A stretch of DNA of 59,390 nucleotides from Guillardia theta CCMP2712 (taxonomy: Eukaryota > Protista > Cryptophyta), in the NCBI RefSeq assembly GCF_000315625.1, contig NW_005434496.1, positions 35,679 through 95,068 on the forward strand, in the 5' to 3' direction. Positions 11,968 through 23,800 of the stretch are shown in pieces (the stretch's first letter is position 1; every line of letters starts with the position of its first letter). The translations under genes were made by a program, and so were the position numbers. The notes beneath the pieces are model-generated. The model searched no databases and was not told the origin of the DNA. It saw nothing but the letters and a program-made list of their open reading frames with translations.

Positions 11968-12039
11968 AAAAGAAAAAAAAAAAAAAAGAAAAGGAAGAAA
12001 AGAAAAAGAAAAATAGCACGCAATTCAAGGACTTCAAGT

Positions 12040-13331
12040 CACCTGGCTGACGACGCTGCTGTAGATGTTCCGTGCTTGGGTCTAGGACCATCATGAGCTG
12101 ACAGCCAACACATCTCAACCAAACTTACATCGACAAGTTCACAACCCTCTCATGCAGAATGTCAAGGGGTCTTGCAATCATCGTGAGTTCGATACGCACT
12201 CAACACCGCAACCTGTCACCTGTACTCCTTCAGAACAGTTCCGTTGGCCCTCGCAGCATCAGTGATGTTGCTAGGCAGCTGCTGTTTTGAGGGAGGTTGA
12301 GAGTTGAGATAGTATGGAGGGAGGACGCGGGTGCTGTTTCCTTGTAGTCCCACATCGAAACCCTCGTGAGTCAACTTCTGACGTTTGACTTCTGCGGTAG
12401 CTGCAGTTGACGATCTTGATGGAGTTGCGTCGGGAGATTTGGGAGGCTCGTCAAGATCTGATAGCGTTCTCTTGACAGCTTGTTTCTCCTCATTCGACGC
12501 TCCTTCAACGCTCAACTTGCTTGGCTCTTGTGCGACTTTCGACAACACCCACTCTACCCGTCCACCAAGTTTCTGCAAGCAGGGACATTCATCATGAGAA
12601 GGGGCAGGAGGGGAAGGAGAAAGGCGAAAGCATCAAGAGGGGAGGGAACAAAAGAGAGTGAGGGAAACAAAAGGAGAGGGAGAGGGAGAGGGAGTGCGGG
12701 AAGGAGAGGGTGATGGAGAGGGAGTGCGGGAGCGGGAGCGCGAGGGAGAGGGCAAGGGAAAGGGCAAGGGAGAGGGAGAGGGAGAGAGAGAGGGAGAGGG
12801 CGAGAGGGAGGGGAGGAGGATGGGGAGGGAGAGAGAAAGCGGGAGGGAGGAGAGGTCTACCTGGCATATACCAACAGAGCATGCACACCACGAGAAGCTG
12901 CTGGAGCTTGACGCCAGGAAGATGAGCTTCTCGAGCGAGGTGAACTTTGACTTGCGAGCACGTAAGACAAGGAGGGAGGCAGAGCTAGCAGACCTTGTCT
13001 TCAGGAAGCTGTATGTCAACGCAACACACAGCATGATGAGACGCATCGGAAGGGAAACACTGGGACCAGTCAGCCACAGCAGCATGCCATGGTTGGTAGG
13101 GTGAACCTTGGAGGTCAGAGGGCTGTTCAGGTCAAGGGTGCCGCACTGCAGTCCTCCTCGCAGCGCCTCTCGAGTCTCCTCTTGCCTTCTTCCCATCCAT
13201 GAGCTATCTCTCCACCTTGTGTATCCCACGGATCGATCTGCTTCCTCTGCCTCCCCCCATGAGGTTGAACGCGCCCATCGGTGCTGTACCAGGGCAAGCA
13301 ACATGAAGACGATGAGGACAGTCCTGGTCAT
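12040..13331 (-). CDS. Predicted secreted or organelle-targeted protein with signal peptide, LRGG motif and a small Cys-rich domain; multi-exon, 3' end uncertain
   Basis: MTRTVLIVFMLLALVQHRWA signal-like start, then ALRGG, then spliced LQCGTLDLNSPLTSK|CFPSDASHHAVCCVDIQLPEDK|...FSWCACSVGICQ|..KLGGRVEW, joined by GT-AG introns (one with a GCTGAC branch point). Confidence 0.6.
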
Positions 13332-13889
13332 GATAGGATAAGGTGCTGTGTGCGTGCTCTTGAAGCCAAGGGTGCCCCGCAACCAAACTCTCTCATCATA
13401 ATGAGACCTGGAAACAATTTCAGTCTGCTGGTATGAATCAGCCATATCTTGTCTCCACCTCACCCTTCATGTTCTGCTCTCCCGTGATGTCATTTTTTCT
13501 TTCCCTTTCCCTCTCTCCTCCCTTCCTTTGCACATTCACCAATCCATTCACATCCTATCCTTTCCCCTCTCCTTCCCACCCCCCTTAACTCCCCTACTCA
13601 CTTCTCCTATCTTCTCCTCTCCCATCGCTCTCCTTATCCTCCCCTCCCCTCTCCTTCTCCCCTCTCCTCTCCTCTCCACTCCTCTCCTCTTCCCTGTGCT
13701 CTTTCTCCCTCCCTTGACCTGCTTTGAGGCTACTCGCCATTTCTCTGTTCACCCCACCCCTTATTTTCAAGTAAAGACTACCGGTAGTATCTTTTAAATG
13801 TTTACTCAATTTCCCTTCCTCAAGATTTTCTTCAGGGTCAATCTGTGTCCACGACCTTTCCTTGCTCATCCTCCGGCTCCTCCTCTCCC

Positions 13890-14120
13890 TCTGCCTCCTT
13901 CTACTCTCCTCCTCTCCTCCTCTCCTCCTCTCCTCCTCTCCTCCCTCCTCTCCTCCTCTCCTCCTCTCCTCCTCTCCTCCTCTCCTCCTCTCCTCCTCTC
14001 CTCCTCTCCTCCTCTCCTCCTCTCCTCCTCTCCCTCTGCCTCCTCTCCTCCTCTCCTCCTCTCCTCCTCTCCTCCTCCTCTCCTCCTCTCCTCCTCTCCT
14101 CCTCTCCTCCTCTCCTACGC
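13890..14120. repeat. (CTCCT/CTCCTCCT)n pyrimidine repeat
   Basis: Visible low-complexity tandem repeat. Confidence 0.9.
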
Positions 14121-14370
14121 CCCTACCCCCCACTCTCCTACTCTCCTACGCTCCTCTCCTAGCTCTGTCCTACCCTCTTTCCTCTTACCTCGAATCTTTC
14201 GCCTTTCACCTCTCGTATCTCGAGTCTCCTCATCTGAATCCATAAGGGATCTTCAACTCAGTGTCACAAATCAGAATATCTCAGTGGGGAAGGGCAGTAT
14301 CAGGAAGGCAACGAGTTCTGGAGGACGACAGCAGGAGGGGAACCAATAGGCTCAAGTCACAGGAAGGCGA

Positions 14371-14445
14371 GGTGAGAGCAGGAGAACAGAAGTGAGAGCA
14401 GGAGCACAGAAGGTGAGAGCAGGAGCACAGAAGGTGAGAGCAGGA
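14371..14445 (+). repeat. ~21-bp tandem repeat (gtgagagcaggagcacagaag) just upstream of the fucosyltransferase ATG
   Basis: About 3.5 copies. Confidence 0.85.
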
Positions 14446-14469
14446 GAGGGGTGTTCTTCACACCCTACC

Positions 14470-17400
14470 ATGGGAACTGTTGCTAAGACAACATTCTTCA
14501 TAATCTTCTTCTGCCTCTTGGACTCTTTCCTTGCCAAGGGCGAGGAGGAACCAGGGGATCTGTTTGCTCGCTACGTGAAAAGACTGTGCTCGATATGCAG
14601 CAACAGGCGAGAAGACTGCGGTTGCGACGAGACCCTACATGGCAGCGCGGGAGGCTTCCGCCTCCTCCACGAGTACGCTCTCAAGTACGAGGGATGGGCT
14701 GAGGAAGTGAGGAAAGGAAGAGCACAAGAGCTGAGGTTTGTAGTGGCGGACGTGACGGGAGGAGGGTTCGGGAATCAGATCTTTCAAGCCATTCAAGGGC
14801 TGCTGGTGGCTCTCGAGCTTCAGATGCCGCTAGTCGTGATGGGAGTGCATACACGAGAGCAGACAGCAAGGCTGGGGATGACGTGGCACCCAAACCTCGA
14901 GCAGCACTACGTGTTCAACGCTGTCCTTCCCCTCATTGATGAGAACGTGCTGGAGGAGCTGAGGTGGAGAGAGGGGAGGTTGACGAAGATGGTATACACG
15001 CATGACGCGGAAGGAATCGAGTTCTTGACGTGCAGGAACTGGCACGAGGAGGCAGCAGGGTATCAGTTCTTGCGGATCCATGGCATCACAGATGTACACA
15101 TGGCGGAGCTTAACGTCTACCATGGAAGAAGCATCAAGGAAGCTTTCAGAGGAAAGACTTTCTTTTGGTTGTCACACTTCCTATGGGACAGAGATCGATG
15201 GGTGCAGGAGGTCGTTCAGGTAGAAACTTCTCCTCCCGCCCCCTGGGATGGTCTGCGGACAGTCCAAGAGCTCGGCACCCTCCTTCCGGCGTCTCCTCAA
15301 GCCCTGAGAGTTGGGCTTCACCTCAGATTGGGAGGTCACTTCTTGCACTTCGACCACAGGCACGCGTTCAAGGAGGGGTCGGACGTGCTCGACGGCCTCG
15401 ACCCGCTGCAGTTCTACTGTGGTGGGCATGCAAACTCCGTCAAGACTGTGGGGCCCTGTCTGAGGACGATCATAGCAAGACACGGGGAGGGCCACGAGAG
15501 GATAGTCGTGCTGTGGTCGTCTGACAATGGGAGGATCTCTGAAAGATTCATCGAGGAGGTCGTCAGGATCCCGCACGTGAGTGTTGTTCGCATCCTCCAC
15601 AAGGAGGAGGAGAGGTATGACCACCCCGAGATCAGGTACGCCATGGCAGACGTCGCACTTGTGTCGCTGTCCGAGATGTTCCTCGGCACTGCGCTCTCAT
15701 CCTTCTCCTTCTACATGCACGCTTCCTCCCTCATCGTCCCCTACTACATGGGCCACGTGCCTGGATCAGGCTGCAAGAGAGCGGCGAGCAGCGAGGCAGG
15801 GCTGGTGACTCACAGCGTCGGCTCTATGCATGTGTGGTCTTCTTGCTTCGAGGACGAGGACGAGGAGGGAGGAAGGGAGAGAGGAGCAGCGTGCGAGATC
15901 GCTGACAAGGAACTAGAGGAAACCATGAGAGGCTGCACTGCGGTGTTCGAGATCTTCCGTCATAACTGCCTGCAACGAGCTGTAACGTGTGTCTCTGACG
16001 CAGACATCAAGAACTGGTCGAGCAGTCTCAATCTCGAGACCGACATGGGAAACTTTTACAACCTGCGATGGTCGCGCGATGGTTTGAGGTGGCACTACCT
16101 CGTCCCTGACCTCATCGACTGCCACTCGTACCGGGAAGCTAAGAAACTTGCTGCCAGTGAGCTGGAGGACAACGACAGGAACGACTCAGTGCAAGAGCAG
16201 TCAGAAGTGCGTTCACGTCAGGATGTTGTTGCAGAAGAGTCAGATTCCCTCGATCGTCGCTTCAAGGCGTTTGCACAGGCTGTTTGCCAGAAGTGTAAGG
16301 CCAAACAAGAAGACTGCGGTTGTGAAGAGCTGCTCTCCTCGGATCCTTTTTTCACCCTCCACAAGTACGCGAGCAAGTACGAGGAGTGGTCGCGGAGGCA
16401 GGACGACAGGGAATACATGAATACCCTAAGGTGGGTTGTCGTCGATGTCAACGGAGGGATCGGAAATCAACTGCTACAAGCTGTCCTCGCACTGATGATC
16501 GCCATCCGGACTGACCGCGTGCTAGTTGTCAACCTGATGACTCCGGTGGAGTACAACCTGTCGCACGTGCTCCCCCTGCTCCCCCTCGAGGTACCAGCAA
16601 GTCTGGGATGGCCGAGAGTCTCTACCCGAGAGATCGCGACTGATCATCGGGATGGGAGGGATGGCGTGCAGTTCTGGACGTGTGGAGACTGGCGAGAGCT
16701 CGACGGTGTCAAGTTCCTGCACATGATGGGCTTGTCAGACGTTCACCTGCCGCTGCTGCATCCTGTGCATGGCTGGTGGTTCAGCAAGACATTCAGGGGA
16801 AAGCCCTTCTTCTTCCTGTCTTACTTGCTGTGGACGGGGGAGGAGATGATGGAATATCCTGTGGTCGTCAAGACCTTTCCTCGCTCTCAGCTCTCAGGGC
16901 CAGCCAGCATGCAGGCGCTCGTTGCGAAGCTCCGACACCTGACCGAGAGAGAGTCAGTGGGGATACTCGCCGTGCACATGAGGATGGGAGGGTACATGAA
17001 GAAGAAGTCGCAGGCGTACAGCCCGGAGGCTGGCAAAGGGGACGACTTTCTGCTCTTCAGCCATAAGAGCATCTTAACGCAAGACTGGGATGGAGAGGGC
17101 CTTTCCCCCCTCGAGCGCTACTGTCTTGGCGACGAGGCGTCGCTGCAGCCTGCGCTCGCATGTCTGGGGAGGCTTGTAGAGCAGATGAGGAGCTCGCAGG
17201 GCAAGGAGAAAGTGCTGCTGCTGTGGGCGACGGAGCGAGCGGACATGCTCGAGAAGATCGCTCCCTCCTTCTCCCAGGTGCACAACGTCACCATCCTCAA
17301 GGTCTCTCCCGACTCGCAGGCGCTGGAGGAGACGTGCTCCTCGTCTGACGTCATGAGGAGGCGCTGCCACTCGCTGGTCGGGCTGACCGACTTCTTCCTC

Positions 17401-17913
17401 CTAACTCAAGTCCACGACGTCTTTGTTGGTACCGCACACTCCACCTACACATACTGCATTCACAGCAGAAGCCTTTCGGTCCCTGTATACGTTGGGCTGT
17501 CGGCAGGAAGCTGCTCGGTAGGAAGCGGACATCAGGCCGGACTTTTCTCTCGCGGATCTACCCCAGCTGAGGAGCAAGTCCCGCTGCATTCCCAGCTGGG
17601 GGACATGGAGGTTGACAAGTATCGCAACTGCACCATGGGCTACTACATCGCGATGCACGGCTGCATGGAAGAGATCGCTACCTGTGTGACGGCAGAGCAA
17701 GTCAGGACGTGGGCTGCTCCCCTCCTGATTGGGCTTAACCATGTCGAGCTGTACGAGCAGCTCTGTGCTCGGGTGGGATGGCGGGGGCTGCGATTCGTGC
17801 CTTCAACTGGCATCGTCTGCAGCGAGATCCTCGATAGTCATCTAGAGAGGCTATGGGGAGAGGAGGGGAAGGCTGACGAGCACACTGCCGAAGGAGGGAA
17901 GGGAGGCGTCTGA
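14470..17913 (+). CDS. Intronless 1147-aa protein with two tandem GDP-fucose fucosyltransferase-like (GT23/GT37/NodZ-type GT-B) domains and an N-terminal signal/anchor
   Basis: Each half carries GGxGNQ (GGFGNQIF / GGIGNQLL), motif I (GLHLRLG / AVHMRMG) and motif III (DVALVSLSEMFLGTALSSFS / DFFLLTQVHDVFVGTAHSTYT). Each is preceded by a CxxC...DCGC segment. Hydrophobic N-terminus TFFIIFFCLL. Confidence 0.8.
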   Translation: MGTVAKTTFFIIFFCLLDSFLAKGEEEPGDLFARYVKRLCSICSNRREDCGCDETLHGSAGGFRLLHEYALKYEGWAEEVRKGRAQELRFVVADVTGGGFGNQIFQAIQGLLVALELQMPLVVMGVHTREQTARLGMTWHPNLEQHYVFNAVLPLIDENVLEELRWREGRLTKMVYTHDAEGIEFLTCRNWHEEAAGYQFLRIHGITDVHMAELNVYHGRSIKEAFRGKTFFWLSHFLWDRDRWVQEVVQVETSPPAPWDGLRTVQELGTLLPASPQALRVGLHLRLGGHFLHFDHRHAFKEGSDVLDGLDPLQFYCGGHANSVKTVGPCLRTIIARHGEGHERIVVLWSSDNGRISERFIEEVVRIPHVSVVRILHKEEERYDHPEIRYAMADVALVSLSEMFLGTALSSFSFYMHASSLIVPYYMGHVPGSGCKRAASSEAGLVTHSVGSMHVWSSCFEDEDEEGGRERGAACEIADKELEETMRGCTAVFEIFRHNCLQRAVTCVSDADIKNWSSSLNLETDMGNFYNLRWSRDGLRWHYLVPDLIDCHSYREAKKLAASELEDNDRNDSVQEQSEVRSRQDVVAEESDSLDRRFKAFAQAVCQKCKAKQEDCGCEELLSSDPFFTLHKYASKYEEWSRRQDDREYMNTLRWVVVDVNGGIGNQLLQAVLALMIAIRTDRVLVVNLMTPVEYNLSHVLPLLPLEVPASLGWPRVSTREIATDHRDGRDGVQFWTCGDWRELDGVKFLHMMGLSDVHLPLLHPVHGWWFSKTFRGKPFFFLSYLLWTGEEMMEYPVVVKTFPRSQLSGPASMQALVAKLRHLTERESVGILAVHMRMGGYMKKKSQAYSPEAGKGDDFLLFSHKSILTQDWDGEGLSPLERYCLGDEASLQPALACLGRLVEQMRSSQGKEKVLLLWATERADMLEKIAPSFSQVHNVTILKVSPDSQALEETCSSSDVMRRRCHSLVGLTDFFLLTQVHDVFVGTAHSTYTYCIHSRSLSVPVYVGLSAGSCSVGSGHQAGLFSRGSTPAEEQVPLHSQLGDMEVDKYRNCTMGYYIAMHGCMEEIATCVTAEQVRTWAAPLLIGLNHVELYEQLCARVGWRGLRFVPSTGIVCSEILDSHLERLWGEEGKADEHTAEGGKGGV

Positions 17914-18058
17914 AGGGAGGTACGAGGTGAGACATCGAGCAAGATTGACACTGCAGGGCAATAACAACGAGCAACATGTTCATCAAAATTCATTCGATCA
18001 TTCATAGAACAAAAAGCTCAACACCGCCTCCATTCTTGATCCTTGTCCTTCTTCACGC

Positions 18059-20802
18059 TTAGCTGTCCCCCTTGCCATTCTCAGGAGACGAGTTGTCCTG
18101 GAACTGAATGTTCGGCCAGGGGTCGGTGGCCGAGGCGTCTCCGGTGAAGCGCATGATCCGGTCCGGCACATACCGAGGACAGTCGTCTCTCTCGATCGCC
18201 TGACAGCGCCTAAGAGATCCGCAAGAGTTCAAATCCTACACGCCTACCTGCACGCCTCCACTGGGCCCCTCATCGCTTTCAGAGAAGGCCAGGGGCATGT
18301 GGAAGCCAAGGTCGCAGAAGATTTTCCTGGAGGCTCAGAAGATCAGGAAGAGAAGCGTGAGCTGCAGCAGAGAGACCTTCTCCAAGACATTGGGATGAAA
18401 GACTCGATCTCCAAACACGTGCTAGCTCTGCTCCCTAGCTCACGACAACAGCGTTGAGGGCAGCAAGCGCTCACCGATGCTTCATGGCGAAGCCCTCCTT
18501 GTCAGCCGAGAGCTTGTCGTAGGTGATGGTGAGCTGAGCGATGAGGATGTTGAGCATCCCGATGGTGACGCAGCTGGAGAGTTTCTGTCACATCCGATCT
18601 ACTAGCAGGGGGCGAGAGAAAGAGATGGTGAACTTACGTTACAAACACAAGCAGGAGGAAGCGAGTAAGAGAAGAGATGTCTGAGTAGAGAGGCTGTGCT
18701 ACACCAAGTACCTGCCATACAGCTGTCAGCCTGCCCCTCAACTTCATCGCAACATGTGCCAAATTATCATCACGCATGAATCCATCGCATGTCAACATCG
18801 CTACATGTCTTTTACCTCTTGAAAGAGCAGCACGACTGTCTTGTCCCATCCCTGGTCGAAGGGAACGTCGCCTAGAATGGTCAAAGCGGAACCGAAGCCT
18901 GCGACTCTCTCAGGGTCGAGGCGATGACGTCAGCAGCAGAATGACCGGCGATGAGGATGAGAATCATGAAGAGAGAATGATAGAGATCTCCGAACATGAT
19001 GCCGATGGTGTAGGTGAAGGCTGCCATAGGAGTCGACAAGATGCTGATCTGCAAAAGGCAACGTCACCAACAGACAAGAAGAAGATACAACTGGGAGAGA
19101 ACCACAAGCTTCTCCACTGCCTCACCTGAAACATCTGAGCCCATAGCAGGACGGCAACGATCGCCTTCGAGGGTCGTCCGGATGTCGAGGAGGAGGCAGA
19201 TGTTGCGGCCCCTGACGTGTCTGACTTGGCCTTGGAAGCAAGCAAGGTCCATGGGATTCCTCCGTTGAAATCTGTTACAGTGCGGTCAGATGTTACGGTG
19301 TACAACATCTGGCTAATATGGGACCGTTGAAGGCTCGGTTGCCGGTGGTTGAGTTGGTGCAATCAACACAAGTGGTGTCTCCGCATGACTGCGATGAAAT
19401 GTTGAGTAGGAAGACAAGACAAGCTAGGACAGTCGGAATTACATGAGTCGCATATCCGTACAAGATTAGCGCAAACGACGTCATTCTAAGAAGATTCCAA
19501 ATGCTTACAAGCCCCCTGCAGCCCCACGAGCTCAATCGCTGCATACACACATGCCGTCAAGTCACCTTGGAAGGCTAATACTGAAAGTTCCCAAATTAAT
19601 CGGGACGAGAATGCTCCGTTGGAGCTGCAAGAAAACGACTCCAAGCTGAATGCAAAGAGAACAATATGGGTCAGTTGAAGAGAGTTGCCAGGTCAGACCA
19701 ACAAGACACGGAAGTAAACAACAAAGAGGTGGGATACATTCCCAAGATGTACAACCTGAAGGGCCAAAGATGCCGCGGCTGTGATCAACAGTAGGATACG
19801 AATAGGCTAGCAACAACACGAGAGTCAGAAGACTGATATCGCTTCTGTTTGCTTTGAACCTCCAGGTCAGGTTCGCATCCCGACGGATCTTGAACATATC
19901 CCAGCATGAAGAAGAGCAGCAAGACCAAGTATCCCAACTCCTTGATGCAGAACGTCTTCAACCCAAATTTCTTCCACTTAAGCTCGAGCACTTTCCGAAC
20001 AGCAGGGTGCTTGAAAGACTCGTTGTCATCTACGAAATGTCTTGATCACAACCATGAGCAAAAACAGAAGGCAGTCATACCGAGATTGACTAGCCATCCC
20101 AGAGGCGAATTCCAAGGGTCTTCCACAAGGTCTGGGTCTCCATAGAGTTCGCGAATGTAATAGTTGACTCTGATCTGCAACCATGTAAACTCAATTGACT
20201 AGCGTTGATCGCCATGCCCGATATCGCTATTATGGTTTTGGGTCATCGTCGTGATTACACTGCTCTCCATCATCATCATCAGCATCATCATCACCATCAC
20301 CATCACCATCACCATCATCACCATCACCATCACCATCTTTTTTTGGAATCTCATCGTAATCGTAATCGTAATCGTAAATGAGCATACTTTTCGTCCAGGA
20401 AGTTTCTCCTTGGAATGCCAAAGAAGGCCATCGAGAAGGACCGGCATCAGGTCAATACATTCTTTTCCAAGAGTCCCTATGATGTCGCGATGGTATTGAA
20501 ACAATTCCTTTGACAACTCCGTGAATGATCCAACAACGCAAGACATATCTTCGTCTACCTCTCGTCCGTACCAGTAACCATGAATGTCTGCCCGAATGGT
20601 CAGCAGGTCACTGCAAAGAATACGTCAATGTTTCGAGGCGACATCTGCTTGTGAGTTTACCTCAAGATGAATTCAACGATAGCGAACTTCCCATCATGCA
20701 GTGCCCAGTAGAGGGGGCTGATGCTTGCTCCATTGATGTCAACCTAATACAAGTTGTAATGCACTGATGCACATCCCAAGTAGACATTATCATCATCATC
20801 AT

Positions 20803-20833
<31 letters not shown>

Positions 20834-23800
20834 TCCATCTCCTCTTTGTCCTTCTCATCACAATCACGAGGCATACATCTCGGCAATCAACGAAATCTTA
20901 ATAACTTCCTCCACAACGACCATCAAATCATTCTTCCATAATCACAACTGTCAACATCAAATCATTCTTCCATAATCACAACTGTCAACATCAAATCATT
21001 CTTCCATAATCACAACTGTCAGCATCAAACAATCCTCTAACCTGACACAACCATTTCGCCCGAGCGTTTCGGGGCGCACATCCTATCGATAACTGAAGCG
21101 ATTCGACATTCCCCTCAACCAGCGCGTGCGTGATGCCATTGCCTCCCATGTTCAACCCGCGGGACATGCTGTTTGCTGCTCGCTTCCACATCTGCAGAGA
21201 ATGAGAACCAGACAACGAGCATCGTCCCTTGCCCTCCCTCTGCCTCTGCCTCTGCCTCTGCCTCTGCCTCTGACTCTCCTTCTATCTCTACCGCTGACTC
21301 CCCTACCCAACGAGTGCTCTACCTCTTTCCAGAGCGCTTCTGATTTGGGACACCAGGATTCGCCGAGCACCTGCGATTCGATGAGGAAAAATCGAAAAAC
21401 AAGAAGGCAAATCAGAATATCAGGGGAGAGAAAGATGATTGAAAAGAAAATTTTCAGACGGAGCAGAGGACGAGCTCGATTTGAAGAAGGGCGTGATGAT
21501 TCAGAGAATGATTGAGGAGAAGATACAAGACGTAGGATAGTAGCGGGTACCTCTTCCAGAGTGAGGATCATGGCTTGACCGAAGGGACTGATATATTCTG
21601 ATCTCACGCCGTAGCGGATGTGTCGGATAGTAAGGTGGAAGAGTTGTTCGAAGAACTCCTGCAGAAAACGCACATGCCAATGAGAAACGGAGTGAGAGAC
21701 AGGAAGGTAATCAACATATCAAGATGACATGGCTGGTAAACAAGCAAAGAAGAAACGAGAAGCACAGCTTGCAGATTTTCCAATCGGAGAGTTACAACCT
21801 CGGGGTCTGTGACGCTCAAAAGTAGCATGTTCATGATGTGATGAATCAGAAGTCCCCACCTACAGGAAGACAACAAACGCAGGAAGAAGGTCACAACACT
21901 TCAAAAACTAGATTGCAATCAACGAACATCTTGATAGATCTTCTGAAGAGATGGGTTTGCTCCGGGGACTGTAGCGAACCCATCAGACCGCAATTCAGAT
22001 ATTTTCACAAAGTAAATAGTCAAGAAGTGAAAGTAAGTGGCCAAGTGTTGTCAGATGGATTTAAGATGATTGGGAAACACAATGCAACAGATTTGATCAT
22101 ACCACATCGTTCAGATGCTTCCAAAACACAGTTCCAAGTCGCTGTCAAAAGTACTTCGGTCAGGAGGCTGGTACATGGCAAACGATCACAAGTTTTCAGA
22201 CCTCTTCATCGCAGCATCCTTTCAGGTTCTCCCAATCTTTTATGACAAGGTCGTTGCGCCCATTGTTTAGAGCCTCAAGCTCAGTGGTCAAGGACTGTTG
22301 CATGCAGATGTCATGTGTGGGAGATGATTGATGTGTCAACAAGTGTAGCAAGTTGAGAGTTCGACCTCTGATACCAACCTCCACAGCCATCGGAAAGAAT
22401 CGCTCATATGATCGCCCCACCTGCTCCTTCATCACATCGCCAAACACTACAAGGCATAGTTCTACTCTTCAGCTAGGGCGATCCTCACTGCATTCTCGAA
22501 TGCTTTCCCGATGTTCTTGATATGATCAGGTCTCATGCCGCTGACATCAACATTGGTCAGAACTGTCGACCTTGCAATCATCATGAGCACCTTTCGTGGA
22601 ACTTGGGAGCAAAGACGTACACGTTCTCGATCTGCTTCTCAGGCTCCCAAATCATCTCGATTACATTCATGACGAAATCATAGATATCATCTACAATGAC
22701 TTTGTGCTGTTCATTGTCAACATTTCTCACTCCCGACAACACCTCACTCTCTTACATCAGGGCGGAGATTCTTCGGATCATTCGGCACGCTCGAGCCTCG
22801 CAACCCCGCCACACTCCCCCTTCCTGCGACGGAACAGAGTCAGAGCCGTGCCTTCACATGCTAACGGTCAACGTGTTGAGGTGTTGGAATTTGAGTTCTC
22901 CGAGCTTGTGCTCTTGTTGAGCAGGTATGAGACCTGCCTTGCAGGCTTACTGGGATCCTTCCGATACACTCACTCACCCCTTGCTCTGACTGGTTTGGCA
23001 CCAAACTTGACCGCCGGATGCGATCGGCGCTGCTGGCGTTGGACTGATGACTCTGCAGGCGATCCATCGCATCCTTATTCTCCTCCGATGATTCTCGTCG
23101 CTTCTCGAACATGGAAGGACACAGAGTCAGCAGCTCTGCCTCCAGGTTGTTCTTGAACGTCTCAGAGTCGATGTGCTCTTTTAGGTAACTCCCCGTGTGC
23201 TCTAGGGACGAGGCGTAATCTTCTCCATCCTGTATGGCCTCTGACATGTTCTCACAGACCATGCGGAAGACAACTCCCCAAGACTTCTCAACTTCGTGTG
23301 TCCACTCCTCTCCGGATACCTCAGCGAGCACGTTCATGAAGACAGGGCCGATGAGAGGGATGTGATGGGGTCGAACGTTGTAGTTCACGTGCCGCAGCCC
23401 CAGCCACGTCACCTGCTGCTTCATGTTCTCTGGGTCGTCAGCGAAGGAAACCAGCATGCCAAGGGTGTCGCCCATCTTGACTGCCATGTACTCTCTCGGC
23501 TTTGTGAAGAGGCTTGCCACGTTGGGAGCAAGGCGGAAGAGACAGTCGTACACCATCTCGCCGAGTTCAGCTGGGATATAGTGTTCGAGGATGGACTCCC
23601 ACGAGTCTCTAACGATTCCCAAGGTGGATCCTACCTCTACGAGAGACTGATCGAGGGCTTTGGACAGGTATTCCCATATCCAGATCCACGCTTTCAGCTC
23701 CTCCGTCTTCAGCTCGTCCCCGAGGCTGAGGCGGAATACGTTGAGGACGATCTCTTGCATCTGAGGCATGTGCGATGCCTTCACTCCCTTGCGGTGATGC

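Noticed and set aside
13594-14349. Long ORFs rich in S/P/L or G/E/R (and similar ones at 193-426, 40371-40745, 44665-45062, 58866-59298)
   Set aside because: Open only because simple repeats lack stop codons.
14681-17742. Antisense and alternate-frame ORFs over long exons (also over the VSP, LRR and globin exons)
   Set aside because: Shadow ORFs caused by GC3-biased codon usage of the real genes.
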